From positions 3,496,167 to 3,560,166 of the forward strand of contig OZ244249.1 of assembly GCA_965217135.1 (NCBI GenBank): a stretch of DNA of 64,000 nt. Reading direction: 5' to 3'. The notes beneath the pieces were generated by a model. The model ran no database searches. It was not told where the DNA came from and was given only the letters and a program-made list of their open reading frames with translations. The DNA is from Paracoccaceae bacterium. Lineage in GTDB: Bacteria > Pseudomonadota > Alphaproteobacteria > Rhodobacterales > Rhodobacteraceae. Below, piece after piece: positions 18,424-26,894 of the stretch (positions are counted from its first letter, which is position 1; each line of letters opens with the position of its first letter). The position numbers were made by a program, and so were the translations under genes.

Positions 18424-19617
18424 TTGAAAAAGTCCGCAGTTCTGCTCACCGGGCATTTCCCGATGCAGCATCGCCGCGCCAGCCTGCCCTGGCTGTGGCA
18501 TCACCTGCAGGCGCAGGGGTGGCACGTGACCGTGGTCACGATCGGCTACAGTTGGCTCAGCCGGTTGCTGGGCGACCGGCGCATGGAGGGTGTTCAGCCC
18601 GTGCCGGATGTCGGCCTCACCGTGCACTCGCCACGGCTGTCGTCTGTTTTCGGCTTTGCGCCGATCCATCCGGTCTCGACACGATCGCCGACATTGGACG
18701 CGCTATTGGAACCGATTCATCACCTGCACCAGCGGTATTGGCGACCCCGTCTGGCACCGGTGCTAGCTCGCGCCGATCTGGTCGTGCTGGAAAGCGGGGC
18801 GCCGGTTCTGCTGGCTCCAGATGTACGCCATTACGCGCCAAACGCCACGCTGGTCTACAAGATCGCCGATGACATTCGCGCGCTGGGTCTGCCCCGGTTC
18901 GTAGTCGAGGCGGAAAAACGTCATGCCCACCTGTTTGACCGGATCAGCGTGGCCAGCCCCGTTTTGGCTGCCCGGTTCGCCGGGCTGGGCCCGGTTCGGA
19001 TGGACCCGTTGGGGGTCCCGCAGGACATTCTGGATGCCGCAGGGCCTGCCCCCGCTGGTCTGGGCAGTTCGGGCCGGATCAACGCGGTATGTGCGGGAAC
19101 GACCCTTCTGGACATGTCCAGTCTCGTGCGGATGGCACGTTTGCGGCCTGATTGGCGGTTGCATGTGATCGGGCGGATCCGGTCAAAGCCCCGCAATGCG
19201 CCAGACAATTTGCTGCTGCACGGCGAACGCCCCTATGCCGAAACCGCCGCCTGGGTGCGGTATGCGAATATCGGGCTGGCCCCCTACACCGACAGTCCGG
19301 CCGTTGCGTATCAGGCCACCCATTCCAACCGATTGCTGATGTACCGGTACTTCGGGCTGCCAGTCATCGGGCCGGAGCAGTTGCAAAAAGCCGGACATGC
19401 GGCGCTGATTGGCTACAGCCCCGGCGACGACCACAGCCTTGCCCGCGCAATGAAAACCGCGGAGAAAACACCGCGTCGCCCTGAACATCACACAATCCCT
19501 GATTGGTCCGAATTTGCGCGGCGTATCGCCTCCACCCCCCGTCGCACGCAGACAGACCCGGTTATGGCATCGGATCTGCAAGCCTTTGTCGACCTGTCCG
19601 AACAGATGGCGACATGA
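18424..19617 (+). CDS. GumK-like glycosyltransferase (putative GT70 glucuronosyltransferase)
   Basis: Length (397 aa) and several blocks resemble Xanthomonas GumK as I recall it: 'LVYKIADDI', 'IGLAPYTDSPAVAYQATHSNRLLMYRYFGLPVIGP', and an N-terminal 'LLTGHFP..HRRASL'. A TTG start is needed to include the N-terminal block. Confidence 0.5.
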   Translation: MKKSAVLLTGHFPMQHRRASLPWLWHHLQAQGWHVTVVTIGYSWLSRLLGDRRMEGVQPVPDVGLTVHSPRLSSVFGFAPIHPVSTRSPTLDALLEPIHHLHQRYWRPRLAPVLARADLVVLESGAPVLLAPDVRHYAPNATLVYKIADDIRALGLPRFVVEAEKRHAHLFDRISVASPVLAARFAGLGPVRMDPLGVPQDILDAAGPAPAGLGSSGRINAVCAGTTLLDMSSLVRMARLRPDWRLHVIGRIRSKPRNAPDNLLLHGERPYAETAAWVRYANIGLAPYTDSPAVAYQATHSNRLLMYRYFGLPVIGPEQLQKAGHAALIGYSPGDDHSLARAMKTAEKTPRRPEHHTIPDWSEFARRIASTPRRTQTDPVMASDLQAFVDLSEQMAT

Positions 19618-20768
19618 CGGTGCATATCAACGCCCGGTTCCTGACCCAGACCACGTCTGGCGTTCAGCGTTTCGCGCGCGGCTGGCTGGGCGCGCTAGAC
19701 GCAAGACTGGCCTCCGATCCGGCTCTGGCTGCTCGCCTCGGTCCCATGCGCGCCTGGGTTCCCGCGGGACGGCCCATCCAAGAGGACCCGGGCTGGTCTC
19801 AGATTACCCTGTCACCCTTGCCGGGGGCCAAAGGCCATATCTGGGAACAAACCGTGCTGGCCCGGCAGGTCGGGTCCGATCCGCTGCTCAGCCTTTGCGG
19901 GTCGGGCCCGCTGGCCTGCCGCAACCAGCTGCTGGTGCTGCACGACGCCAACATCTGGACCAACCCACACGCATTTTCCCCCGCCTATCGCTGGTTCCAC
20001 CGCCCCATGCGCGCCCAACTGGCACACAGGGTACGCAGCCTTGCCACCGTCAGTGCCTATTCCGCCCAAACCCTTGCTGCGCACCTGTGCGTGCCGACCG
20101 ACCGGTTTCACCTGTTGTCGAACAGCGCCGATCACATCACCGCTGTCACGCCCGACCCCGATGCACTGCACCGGCATGGCCTTACACATGGGCGCTTCAT
20201 GCTGACCGTCGGGAATATGACACCCAACAAGAACCTCGCGCGTATGGTACAAGCGGTGCATCGCTTGCCGGACGACGCACCGATACTGGCCGTGGCCGGG
20301 ACAGCCGCCACCGGCATGCGCAATGATACCCTTTCCGGATCGGACCGTGTTCGCCCACTGGGCCGTCTGGAAGACACCGATCTGGCCGCCCTATATCGCG
20401 GCGCCGCCGGGTTTGTCTGGCCTGCCTTGTCCGAAGGCTTCGGTATCCCCCCGCTGGAAGCGATGGCGATGGGCGTCCCGGTGCTGTCATCCGACCGAAC
20501 GGCCATACCCGAGGTGCTGGGTGACGCCCCACTCTATTTCGATCCGGAAAATGTGGAGGATATCACCCGCGCCCTGAAACGCCTCATCACGATGCCGGAG
20601 GCAGAGCGCGCTGCAATGGTCCGCAAGGGGCACACGCGCGCCAACTGCTATTCCTGGGCTGCAGGGGTTGACGCGCTGGTGGAAATCATTGCGGATCTTC
20701 AGACCACTGCCGCGATAACCGAACGCGCCAGGCAACAAATCCGACCATATGCCGTGCCCTCCAACTGA
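19614..20768 (+). CDS. Glycosyltransferase family 4 (GT-B, mannosyl/glucosyl-transferase-like)
   Basis: 'MTVHINARFLTQTTSGVQRFARG...' at the N-terminus. The C-terminal motif 'FVWPALSEGFGIPPLEAMAMGVPVLSSDRTAIPEVLGDA' is the E-x7-E type. The start has an ATGA overlap with the upstream gene. Confidence 0.85.
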   Translation: MTVHINARFLTQTTSGVQRFARGWLGALDARLASDPALAARLGPMRAWVPAGRPIQEDPGWSQITLSPLPGAKGHIWEQTVLARQVGSDPLLSLCGSGPLACRNQLLVLHDANIWTNPHAFSPAYRWFHRPMRAQLAHRVRSLATVSAYSAQTLAAHLCVPTDRFHLLSNSADHITAVTPDPDALHRHGLTHGRFMLTVGNMTPNKNLARMVQAVHRLPDDAPILAVAGTAATGMRNDTLSGSDRVRPLGRLEDTDLAALYRGAAGFVWPALSEGFGIPPLEAMAMGVPVLSSDRTAIPEVLGDAPLYFDPENVEDITRALKRLITMPEAERAAMVRKGHTRANCYSWAAGVDALVEIIADLQTTAAITERARQQIRPYAVPSN

Positions 20769-21771
20769 ATTTCGTGGGCCACTTCTGATCGTTGGCTGCC
20801 AGCGCTCTGGCACGACACTGCTCAGCACCATGCTGGCTGCCCATCGGGACATAGCCGTTGGGTACGAATGAGATTTCTTCGAAGCACTGGCCCCGCGATA
20901 CGGGCCTCTGCCGGATCTGCGCCCGATCTGGGGTCAATTCATTGACGACCTGCAGGCCGTAAACCGGTTTGCGTTCTGGGGGCTGGGGGCGTCGGACTTG
21001 CATGCCACCATATATCACCGCGCAACCCCGTTGCTCTACCCGGATGCCGTGCGCCTCATCGCGGAAACCTACCTGCAGAAGACCAAGCCGCAGGCCCGTA
21101 TCTTTGGGTTCAAGAACCCAAATTCGGTGGAGCGGCTGGATCAGTTCTTCGGCCTGTTTCCCAACGCTAGAGTTCTGCACATCACGCGGGACCCGCGCGC
21201 AGTGCTTGCGTCCCAACTGACCAAGGCGCGGTGCAGGGGTCACTCCAACAGCCCACTGGAAACCGTGCGCGTCGGGCGGCGTTTTGGCCGGGCGCAACGC
21301 GCGTTAGATAGGTTCAGCAACGATCCTCGCGTGTTGCATGTGTCGTACAGCGATCTGATCAACGAACCGGCACAACATTTACAGAAAATCTGTGGCTGGC
21401 TGGGTGTGGGGATGGACGTAGGGATGCTGGACTATCACAGAACCTCCGACACGCCCGAGGCATAGATTTGGCAGCATGCCCTGACCCGCAAGGCCCCGCG
21501 CCCGTCGCGCATAATGGCCTATCGGACGGTTTTGACCCCGGTGGAAATGGCCGCCATCGGATGGCTGTGCCGACGCAACTTGGTTCACGCATCGGACGGG
21601 TGGCGCGGACCAAAGGCGGGCAGGTTGGCGACAGCAGTCTATATTGCCACAGGCTGGGCCAGTTGGGCTGCCGCGGGTGCTGTGCGACGCAGCCGGAATT
21701 ATCTGGCACGGCGCGGGGTGCGACCAACAGACACCAGGCCCGGCATCACCAAGGCCAACACAACGGGATAG
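20749..21771 (+). pseudogene. Sulfotransferase-family gene interrupted by two in-frame stop codons (TGA 20869-20871, TAG 21463-21465)
   Basis: A single reading frame gives 'MPCPPTEFRGPLLIVGCQRSGTTLLSTMLAAHRDIAVGYE*DFFEALAPRYG...LHITRDPRAVLASQ...MLDYHRTSDTPEA*IWQHALTRKAPRPSRIMAYRTVLTPVEMAAIGWLCRRNLVHASDGW...'. The 5'-PSB loop (GCQRSGTT), the 3'-PB 'RDPR' motif and a typical C-terminal block all lie in one frame, separated only by the two stops. Confidence 0.75.
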
Positions 21772-23087
21772 GCGAAGAGTGTCAACACACCGGCCCAGTC
21801 TGCCTCCCAAAAAGCGAAAGTGCATATGGCCAGCGCTGCCAGGGTGTAAGGCAGGCAGATCGCCATTACGAACCGACCCGCCGGAAACCCATGGTGTCGG
21901 GCCAGATACACCAGCAGCAAAGCCAAAGCCCCATAGCTGGCCACCACATGGCCCAGCAGCATCGCCTCGGCCAAAACATGCCATGCAAACACGCTAAAAA
22001 CACTGGTGCCGATCAACGCATGGATCACGCGGCGCAGGGGCAAACGCGCCATCCCCGCCGCTGTCAGAACAGGCGTCAGCACCGCCAATGCCGCTGTATG
22101 AACAGCCAGCAGGCACAGGATGCGGGTCAGATCTACGCTCGCGCGGGCGGTGGCATCTCCCGCCATCATGCGCAAGGCCGGGTCAGCCAGCCAGATTGCA
22201 AGTGCAAAAGCGGGGGCGGATAGTACGCTGACCAGTCGGGCAGCGCGGAGTATGGCGTCAGGGTTCAGCGGGTCCCCTAGCCGGGCAAAAACCGGCAAGC
22301 CCAACGCGCGGTCAGGCGCAATGGCCAACGCGTCGATCATGCGAAAGACGCGCTGCGCCACCTGAAACCCACCAGCCGCGCCTAGGCCGAACGCAGCACC
22401 AATGGCAAGTTGCAACGCTGGCAACGCGGCCCCGGCCAACAAAGCCCGGGCGGAAATGGCGACGAATTGCGGGGTATGGCTGCGCAAAGCCTGCCAGCCC
22501 GTCCATGGCGTGGTGCGGTAGCGGGTCAGACCAAGACAAATCATCGCGTTTGTGACCGCAGAAGTGATAGCAAACCCGATCAAAGCCCATCCCCCTGCCC
22601 CCACCCATGCGAGCGTTATGGCAAGGCCTCCCGCCAAAAACTGTGCAACCACCGTGCGCAGGGCCAGAGCGCGGAACCGCAGGCCACGCTGCATCATCGC
22701 CTCGGGCACACAGGCCGCGCCATTGGCAACGGGAACAACACAAAGCGCCAGCAACATCGCCGCCAAAGGGCCATTGCCCAGCGCCCAAAGAACAATGGCT
22801 GCTACCCCCAGACCTGCCACGGTCAGGGCAGACACGATCATCGCCAGCCAGAAATGCCCACCATCCGTTGCAACCGACACCGGACGCGCGGCAACGGTGC
22901 TGTCGACGACTCCCGCCTTGTGCAGCGCTTGCGCCCAGCGCACTGGGGCATAGGCCAGCGCAAACACCCCGATCTGTTCCAGCGGCAAAAGTCGGGCCGC
23001 CATCAGGAAAACAACCGCATTGCCACCAACCCGCGCAACTTGCAGCACAAACGCCCACGCGGCAGGGGATGACAGCGCACCTGTCAT
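21699..23087 (-). CDS. Polysaccharide biosynthesis protein / MOP-superfamily flippase (Wzx/GumJ-like)
   Basis: 462 aa with about 12-14 predicted TM helices and an N-terminus typical of the Polysacc_synt family. The start overlaps the acyltransferase stop by 4 nt. Confidence 0.75.
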   Translation of the reverse strand: MTGALSSPAAWAFVLQVARVGGNAVVFLMAARLLPLEQIGVFALAYAPVRWAQALHKAGVVDSTVAARPVSVATDGGHFWLAMIVSALTVAGLGVAAIVLWALGNGPLAAMLLALCVVPVANGAACVPEAMMQRGLRFRALALRTVVAQFLAGGLAITLAWVGAGGWALIGFAITSAVTNAMICLGLTRYRTTPWTGWQALRSHTPQFVAISARALLAGAALPALQLAIGAAFGLGAAGGFQVAQRVFRMIDALAIAPDRALGLPVFARLGDPLNPDAILRAARLVSVLSAPAFALAIWLADPALRMMAGDATARASVDLTRILCLLAVHTAALAVLTPVLTAAGMARLPLRRVIHALIGTSVFSVFAWHVLAEAMLLGHVVASYGALALLLVYLARHHGFPAGRFVMAICLPYTLAALAICTFAFWEADWAGVLTLFAYPVVLALVMPGLVSVGRTPRRAR

Positions 23088-23854
23088 GCCGGGCGAACCC
23101 TTCGGGGCTGTGCGATCAAGAAAGGGCGTTCGATGGTTGCGAACACCAAAACCCCTACCCCAACTGATGCAAAGCAGGCCACCACAACAAAGCCCAGCGC
23201 GCCCATGCCAGTTGCTGGCAGGAGAGGGAGCAACCCGAGCGTCAGGCTGCGCAACACGAACCTGTGCGACAGGTAGAGCGCGTAGGAACTATCACCCAGC
23301 AGTTCCCCCAGCCGTGACAATGGCCCGGCGGTACTGGGCTGCGGCCAGAATAACGCCGCACCCGCCACCAGCGCCGTTGCTGGCAGACCTGCCCCCAGCC
23401 AGCGTGGGATGCCATCCATGTCGCCGAAGGCGCACAGTGCGCCCATCCCGCAGACACAAAGAACAAGGCTGATGGGCAGGCTTGGCGCGACGGCTTGCCC
23501 GCGCCTCAGGTGGAGCCACCCAAGGCAAACGCCAAAGCCGAATTCCAGAACGATCGGATTGCTCCAGAACCGCAGCGCAGGCGCGGTGATGCCAAATAAC
23601 GCGCCGATCAGCAACCATGCCATCAGCCCGCACAACAGCAGGATCAGCCCCAGTTTGCGCGGGACCAATAGCGACAAGGCGAAGAGGCCGTAAAAGAAGA
23701 CCTCAAAATTCAGGGTCCAGCCCAGCGACAGGATCGGCGCGATGCGACCGTCATACCGCTCGAGCGGGAAGAACAGGTAGGAACCCGCCACCTGCTGCCA
23801 ATCGAGCACCGTGTCATTGGCTGCACCCGGCACCACCAGCAGGATGCACAGCAT
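23084..23854 (-). CDS. Acyltransferase-3 family (O-acetyltransferase, GumF/G-like), apparently 5'-truncated
   Basis: Contains the family block 'ILSLGWTLNFEVFFYGLFAL' and several following TM helices. That block sits only about 45 aa from the first usable ATG (23854). The upstream in-frame sequence overlaps the epimerase 3' end and is non-membrane-like. The usual first about 100 aa, including the conserved His region, are missing. Confidence 0.6.
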   Translation of the reverse strand: MLCILLVVPGAANDTVLDWQQVAGSYLFFPLERYDGRIAPILSLGWTLNFEVFFYGLFALSLLVPRKLGLILLLCGLMAWLLIGALFGITAPALRFWSNPIVLEFGFGVCLGWLHLRRGQAVAPSLPISLVLCVCGMGALCAFGDMDGIPRWLGAGLPATALVAGAALFWPQPSTAGPLSRLGELLGDSSYALYLSHRFVLRSLTLGLLPLLPATGMGALGFVVVACFASVGVGVLVFATIERPFLIAQPRRVRPA

Positions 23855-23904
23855 CAGCGTGGTGGATGAGAGTGTAAGTCTATCCGCGCCCCCTTCCCCG
23901 CCTG

Positions 23905-24936
23905 TCAGGCCACCGCGTCGCCGGTTTGGGCGTTCAGGTAATAGGCGCGGTACCAGTCGATGAACCGTGCGACACCCGTGGCAACATCCGTATCCGGCTG
24001 GAACCCAGTCAGTTGTTTCAGCAGGGTCGCGTCCGCCCATGTGGCCGGGACATCGCCTGGCTGCATGGGCATCATTTTGCGATGCACCGGAACCCCCGCA
24101 GCCGTTTCCATCGCCGCGATGAAATCCAACAGCTCCACTGGATGCGAATTACCAATATTGACCACTCGGAACGGGGCAACTGGCGAAAGACTGTCGCCCT
24201 CGGCCACCTCACCCCTGGGTCGTTCCGGCACGGCATCCATCAGGCGGCTAATGGCTTCGACCAGGTCATCGATATAGGTGAAATCGCGGCGCATGTTGCC
24301 TTGGTTGTAGACGTCGATCGGCTCACCCGCGAAAATCGCGCGGGCGAATTTGATCGGGGCCATATCCGGACGGCCCCAGGGACCGTAGACAGTGAAAAAC
24401 CGGAACATGGTGACCGGCAGATCGAACAGGTGCGCGTAGGAATGCGCCATTGCTTCCGTCGCCTTTTTACTGGCGGCGTAAAACGACATCTGGTGATCGG
24501 CGCGGTCAGTTTCGCGGTAGGGCATATGCGTGTTGGCACCATAGGCAGAACTGGTCGAGGCCAGCAGCAGATGTCGGGGCGGAACTGCACGCGCGGCTTC
24601 AAGTATCTCGAAGGTGCCGTTGATATTGCCTTCGAGGTAAGACCTCGGATTTTCGATGGAATAACGCACACCCGCCTGCGCAGCGAGATGGATGACAGCC
24701 GTGGGTTTATGCGTCTCGAACAGTTCCCGCACCAAGCCAGGTGTTTCGACATGGCCAACTACTTCGACAAAGCCAGATTGCTGCTTTAAGCGGTCGATGC
24801 GGGCCTGTTTCAGCGCGACATCATAATAGTCGGTCATCGCATCCAGCCCAACAACACGCATGCCTTCGGCTAGCAGCCGTTCTGCCACGTGATACCCGAT
24901 GAACCCAGCAGAGCCGGTGACCAATACCGTTGCCAT
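23905..24936 (-). CDS. NAD-dependent epimerase, UDP-glucuronate 4-epimerase-like
   Basis: 'MATVLVTGSAGFIGYHVAERLLAEGMRVVGLDAMTDYYDVALKQARIDRL' (Rossmann GxxGxxG), plus 'YAASKKATE' (YxxxK). ATG 24936 is preceded by AAGGAGAA. The ORF-track start 25035 is not supported. Confidence 0.85.
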   Translation of the reverse strand: MATVLVTGSAGFIGYHVAERLLAEGMRVVGLDAMTDYYDVALKQARIDRLKQQSGFVEVVGHVETPGLVRELFETHKPTAVIHLAAQAGVRYSIENPRSYLEGNINGTFEILEAARAVPPRHLLLASTSSAYGANTHMPYRETDRADHQMSFYAASKKATEAMAHSYAHLFDLPVTMFRFFTVYGPWGRPDMAPIKFARAIFAGEPIDVYNQGNMRRDFTYIDDLVEAISRLMDAVPERPRGEVAEGDSLSPVAPFRVVNIGNSHPVELLDFIAAMETAAGVPVHRKMMPMQPGDVPATWADATLLKQLTGFQPDTDVATGVARFIDWYRAYYLNAQTGDAVA

Positions 24937-25260
24937 GGACGGTTCTCCTTTGCCGATACAGGGCGCTGCCCCAGTCGCGCGCCCGGAAGGGACCAGCCAC
25001 AGCTTTCCCGGTCTGCGCGCGCTTTTTCTCCTCATATCACAGCGTTGTCCCGAATTGGCAAATCGAAGGCCGGCCCGATCTAGGCGAGGCCTGCAAAGAG
25101 TTAATGGGCGGAAGGGTGAAGAAATGATTAACGCGTCAGGCGGCGTTTTAATCTACAGGCCCAAACACCCTGGTGCGCAACACCCCGCGCACGGTTGGGT
25201 GAGCCGATCTCAACCATCTGAACCGAGCTTGCCAGCCAACTGAAATGGAAAGGAAAACCC

Positions 25261-25530
25261 ATGCCCATCACCGATTTCTTCGAAAGCCTGACCTCCGGTC
25301 TGAACAGCCCTGCCATCGGAGGATTCGACATCACCCCGGATAACGGGACGGATCTGGCCACCATGCCGAGCGCCCTGATGGTCGGCGGGGCTGGTGATGT
25401 TGCCGTGATCTGCAAGGATGGCAGCTCCATCACTCTGCCTGCGCTTGCGCCCGGAGCGATCTATCCGGTGCGTGTTGCACGTGTTCTGGCCACGGGAACC
25501 ACGGCAACGGACATCAAGGGCCTGTACTGA
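25261..25530 (+). CDS. Small phage/GTA spike-base-like protein (RcGTA Rcc01079-like)
   Basis: The 89-aa protein is 'MPITDFFESLTSGLNSPAIGGFDITPDNGTDLATMPSALMVGGAGDVAVICKDGSSITLPALAPGAIYPVRVARVLATGTTATDIKGLY'. This pattern (ITPxD..DL....ALyVGgaGDv.v......v....v.aG...P.RV.rVlaTGTTAt.i..L) matches the family that I recall NCBI names 'spike base protein, RCAP_Rcc01079 family'. Confidence 0.6.
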   Translation: MPITDFFESLTSGLNSPAIGGFDITPDNGTDLATMPSALMVGGAGDVAVICKDGSSITLPALAPGAIYPVRVARVLATGTTATDIKGLY

Positions 25531-26885
25531 TGCTGGGGCTTTCGATGGGCATGATACCGCCAGCCCCGACAGAACGGCCCATGCCATTGCCCGCCGGGTT
25601 CAACTGGGACTCGGATCGCTTCCCGCTGGCGATCACCAAATCTGGTGCGGGATACCGATGGGATGTTGACCCACGATCTCTGGTCGATCCACTGATCTGG
25701 AGCGGCCCGGCCTACCACGTGGACGGAGACAATGGAGACGACGCCAATTCGGGACTTGGCGCAACAGACGGCGATTTCAGCGCGGCAAAGCGGACGATCT
25801 GGGCCGCATTTGTAGCGGGCAACGCAACGAGCACCCCCTATCGCGTGCTGGTCAAGGCGGGGCGTTTCACCAATTCCAGCTTCACCCGGAACGGGCAGGA
25901 GGAACCGACCCAGCCTCTGGCAATTCTGGGCTGGGGTGGCGCGATACATTACCGCACTGGCCCGTTCAGCCAGACTTGGGCCGATGCGGGCGGGACGTGG
26001 ACGACCTCGCAAAGCTCCGTCAAGCGCGTGTTGCGAACGGATGTGTTGACGGATCAGGGGCTATACAACGATCTCGCCCAAGTCGCAGACCCGGCCACCT
26101 GCGCGGCAACCTCCGATAGCTGGTGCAATGACAGCGGCACAATCCATGTGAACATCGGCGCCGCACCGGGCAACGAAGACATCGCCCTGATCCGGTCCTT
26201 CCACGGGGCACGCTTCATGTCGCATGTGCATGACCTATTCCTCGAAAACATCCATTGCGAAGGCGGCATTTCCGGCGCGCTGCATCTGGATCCTGCAGCG
26301 GACCGCAACGTCGTGGCGGTGGATTGTTCCTTCCGCTACTCCGCGCCCTCCAACACGGCCAGCCCGCTAGATGCGGTTCAGATGCGTCGCACCAACGGGC
26401 TGGTGGCGTTCTTTCGGTGCGATGCCTCTGGCGGTGCGGAAGATGGCTGGTCTTTCCACGAAGATGCACATGCCGGCATGCATGTGATCCTTCAGGACTG
26501 CAGCGGTTACGGGAATGGCGGTGTCTATGCAGCGGCAACGTCGTGCAATGCGGTCTCGGCCCATGACGCCACGCGACTGATCGACCTGTCCGGCGACTAT
26601 GGATGGTCCACCAACGGCACCGATATACACTGCGTGGAAAACTCCCACAGCTGGTTTGCCGGGACTCAGGCCACGGCCCGCGACAGCGATGGCACCTCGG
26701 TGGCGTTCAAATGTTCCAACGACAGCCAGATGTGGTTGCAGGACACCTGCGCCGACGCGGCGGGGGCGGCCGCGAACTATGCCCTGGAGGTGAACGGGGC
26801 CGGGGCGGTCGCCCATACAAGGAACCATGTGGCCATTGCTGGCGACACTGTCACCTCGGTTGGTGGCAGCGTGGTTTCGTTCTGA
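25530..26885 (+). CDS. Right-handed beta-helix protein, head-spike-fibre/receptor-binding-like (Rcc01080-like position)
   Basis: 451 aa. The start has a TGATG overlap with the spike-base gene. The sequence is rich in short repeats typical of parallel beta-helices ('HVNIGAAPGNEDIALIRS', 'LENIHCEGGISGALHL', 'VAVDCSFRYSA', 'VILQDCSGYGNGG'). Confidence 0.55.
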   Translation: MLGLSMGMIPPAPTERPMPLPAGFNWDSDRFPLAITKSGAGYRWDVDPRSLVDPLIWSGPAYHVDGDNGDDANSGLGATDGDFSAAKRTIWAAFVAGNATSTPYRVLVKAGRFTNSSFTRNGQEEPTQPLAILGWGGAIHYRTGPFSQTWADAGGTWTTSQSSVKRVLRTDVLTDQGLYNDLAQVADPATCAATSDSWCNDSGTIHVNIGAAPGNEDIALIRSFHGARFMSHVHDLFLENIHCEGGISGALHLDPAADRNVVAVDCSFRYSAPSNTASPLDAVQMRRTNGLVAFFRCDASGGAEDGWSFHEDAHAGMHVILQDCSGYGNGGVYAAATSCNAVSAHDATRLIDLSGDYGWSTNGTDIHCVENSHSWFAGTQATARDSDGTSVAFKCSNDSQMWLQDTCADAAGAAANYALEVNGAGAVAHTRNHVAIAGDTVTSVGGSVVSF

Positions 26886-26894
26886 GCGGACCGC

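Noticed and set aside
20869-20871. The in-frame TGA as a selenocysteine codon. A small GGCCC...GGGCC hairpin lies about 17 nt downstream.
   Set aside because: The position is not catalytic in sulfotransferases, and the hairpin is short and generic for GC-rich DNA. The second interruption is TAG, which cannot encode Sec, and no sel genes are in view. Nonsense mutation or sequencing error is far more likely.
20686-21297. 203-aa minus-strand ORF across the sulfotransferase region
   Set aside because: The plus-strand frame contains clear sulfotransferase motifs (GCQRSGTT, RDPR). The minus-strand product is motif-free and low-complexity.
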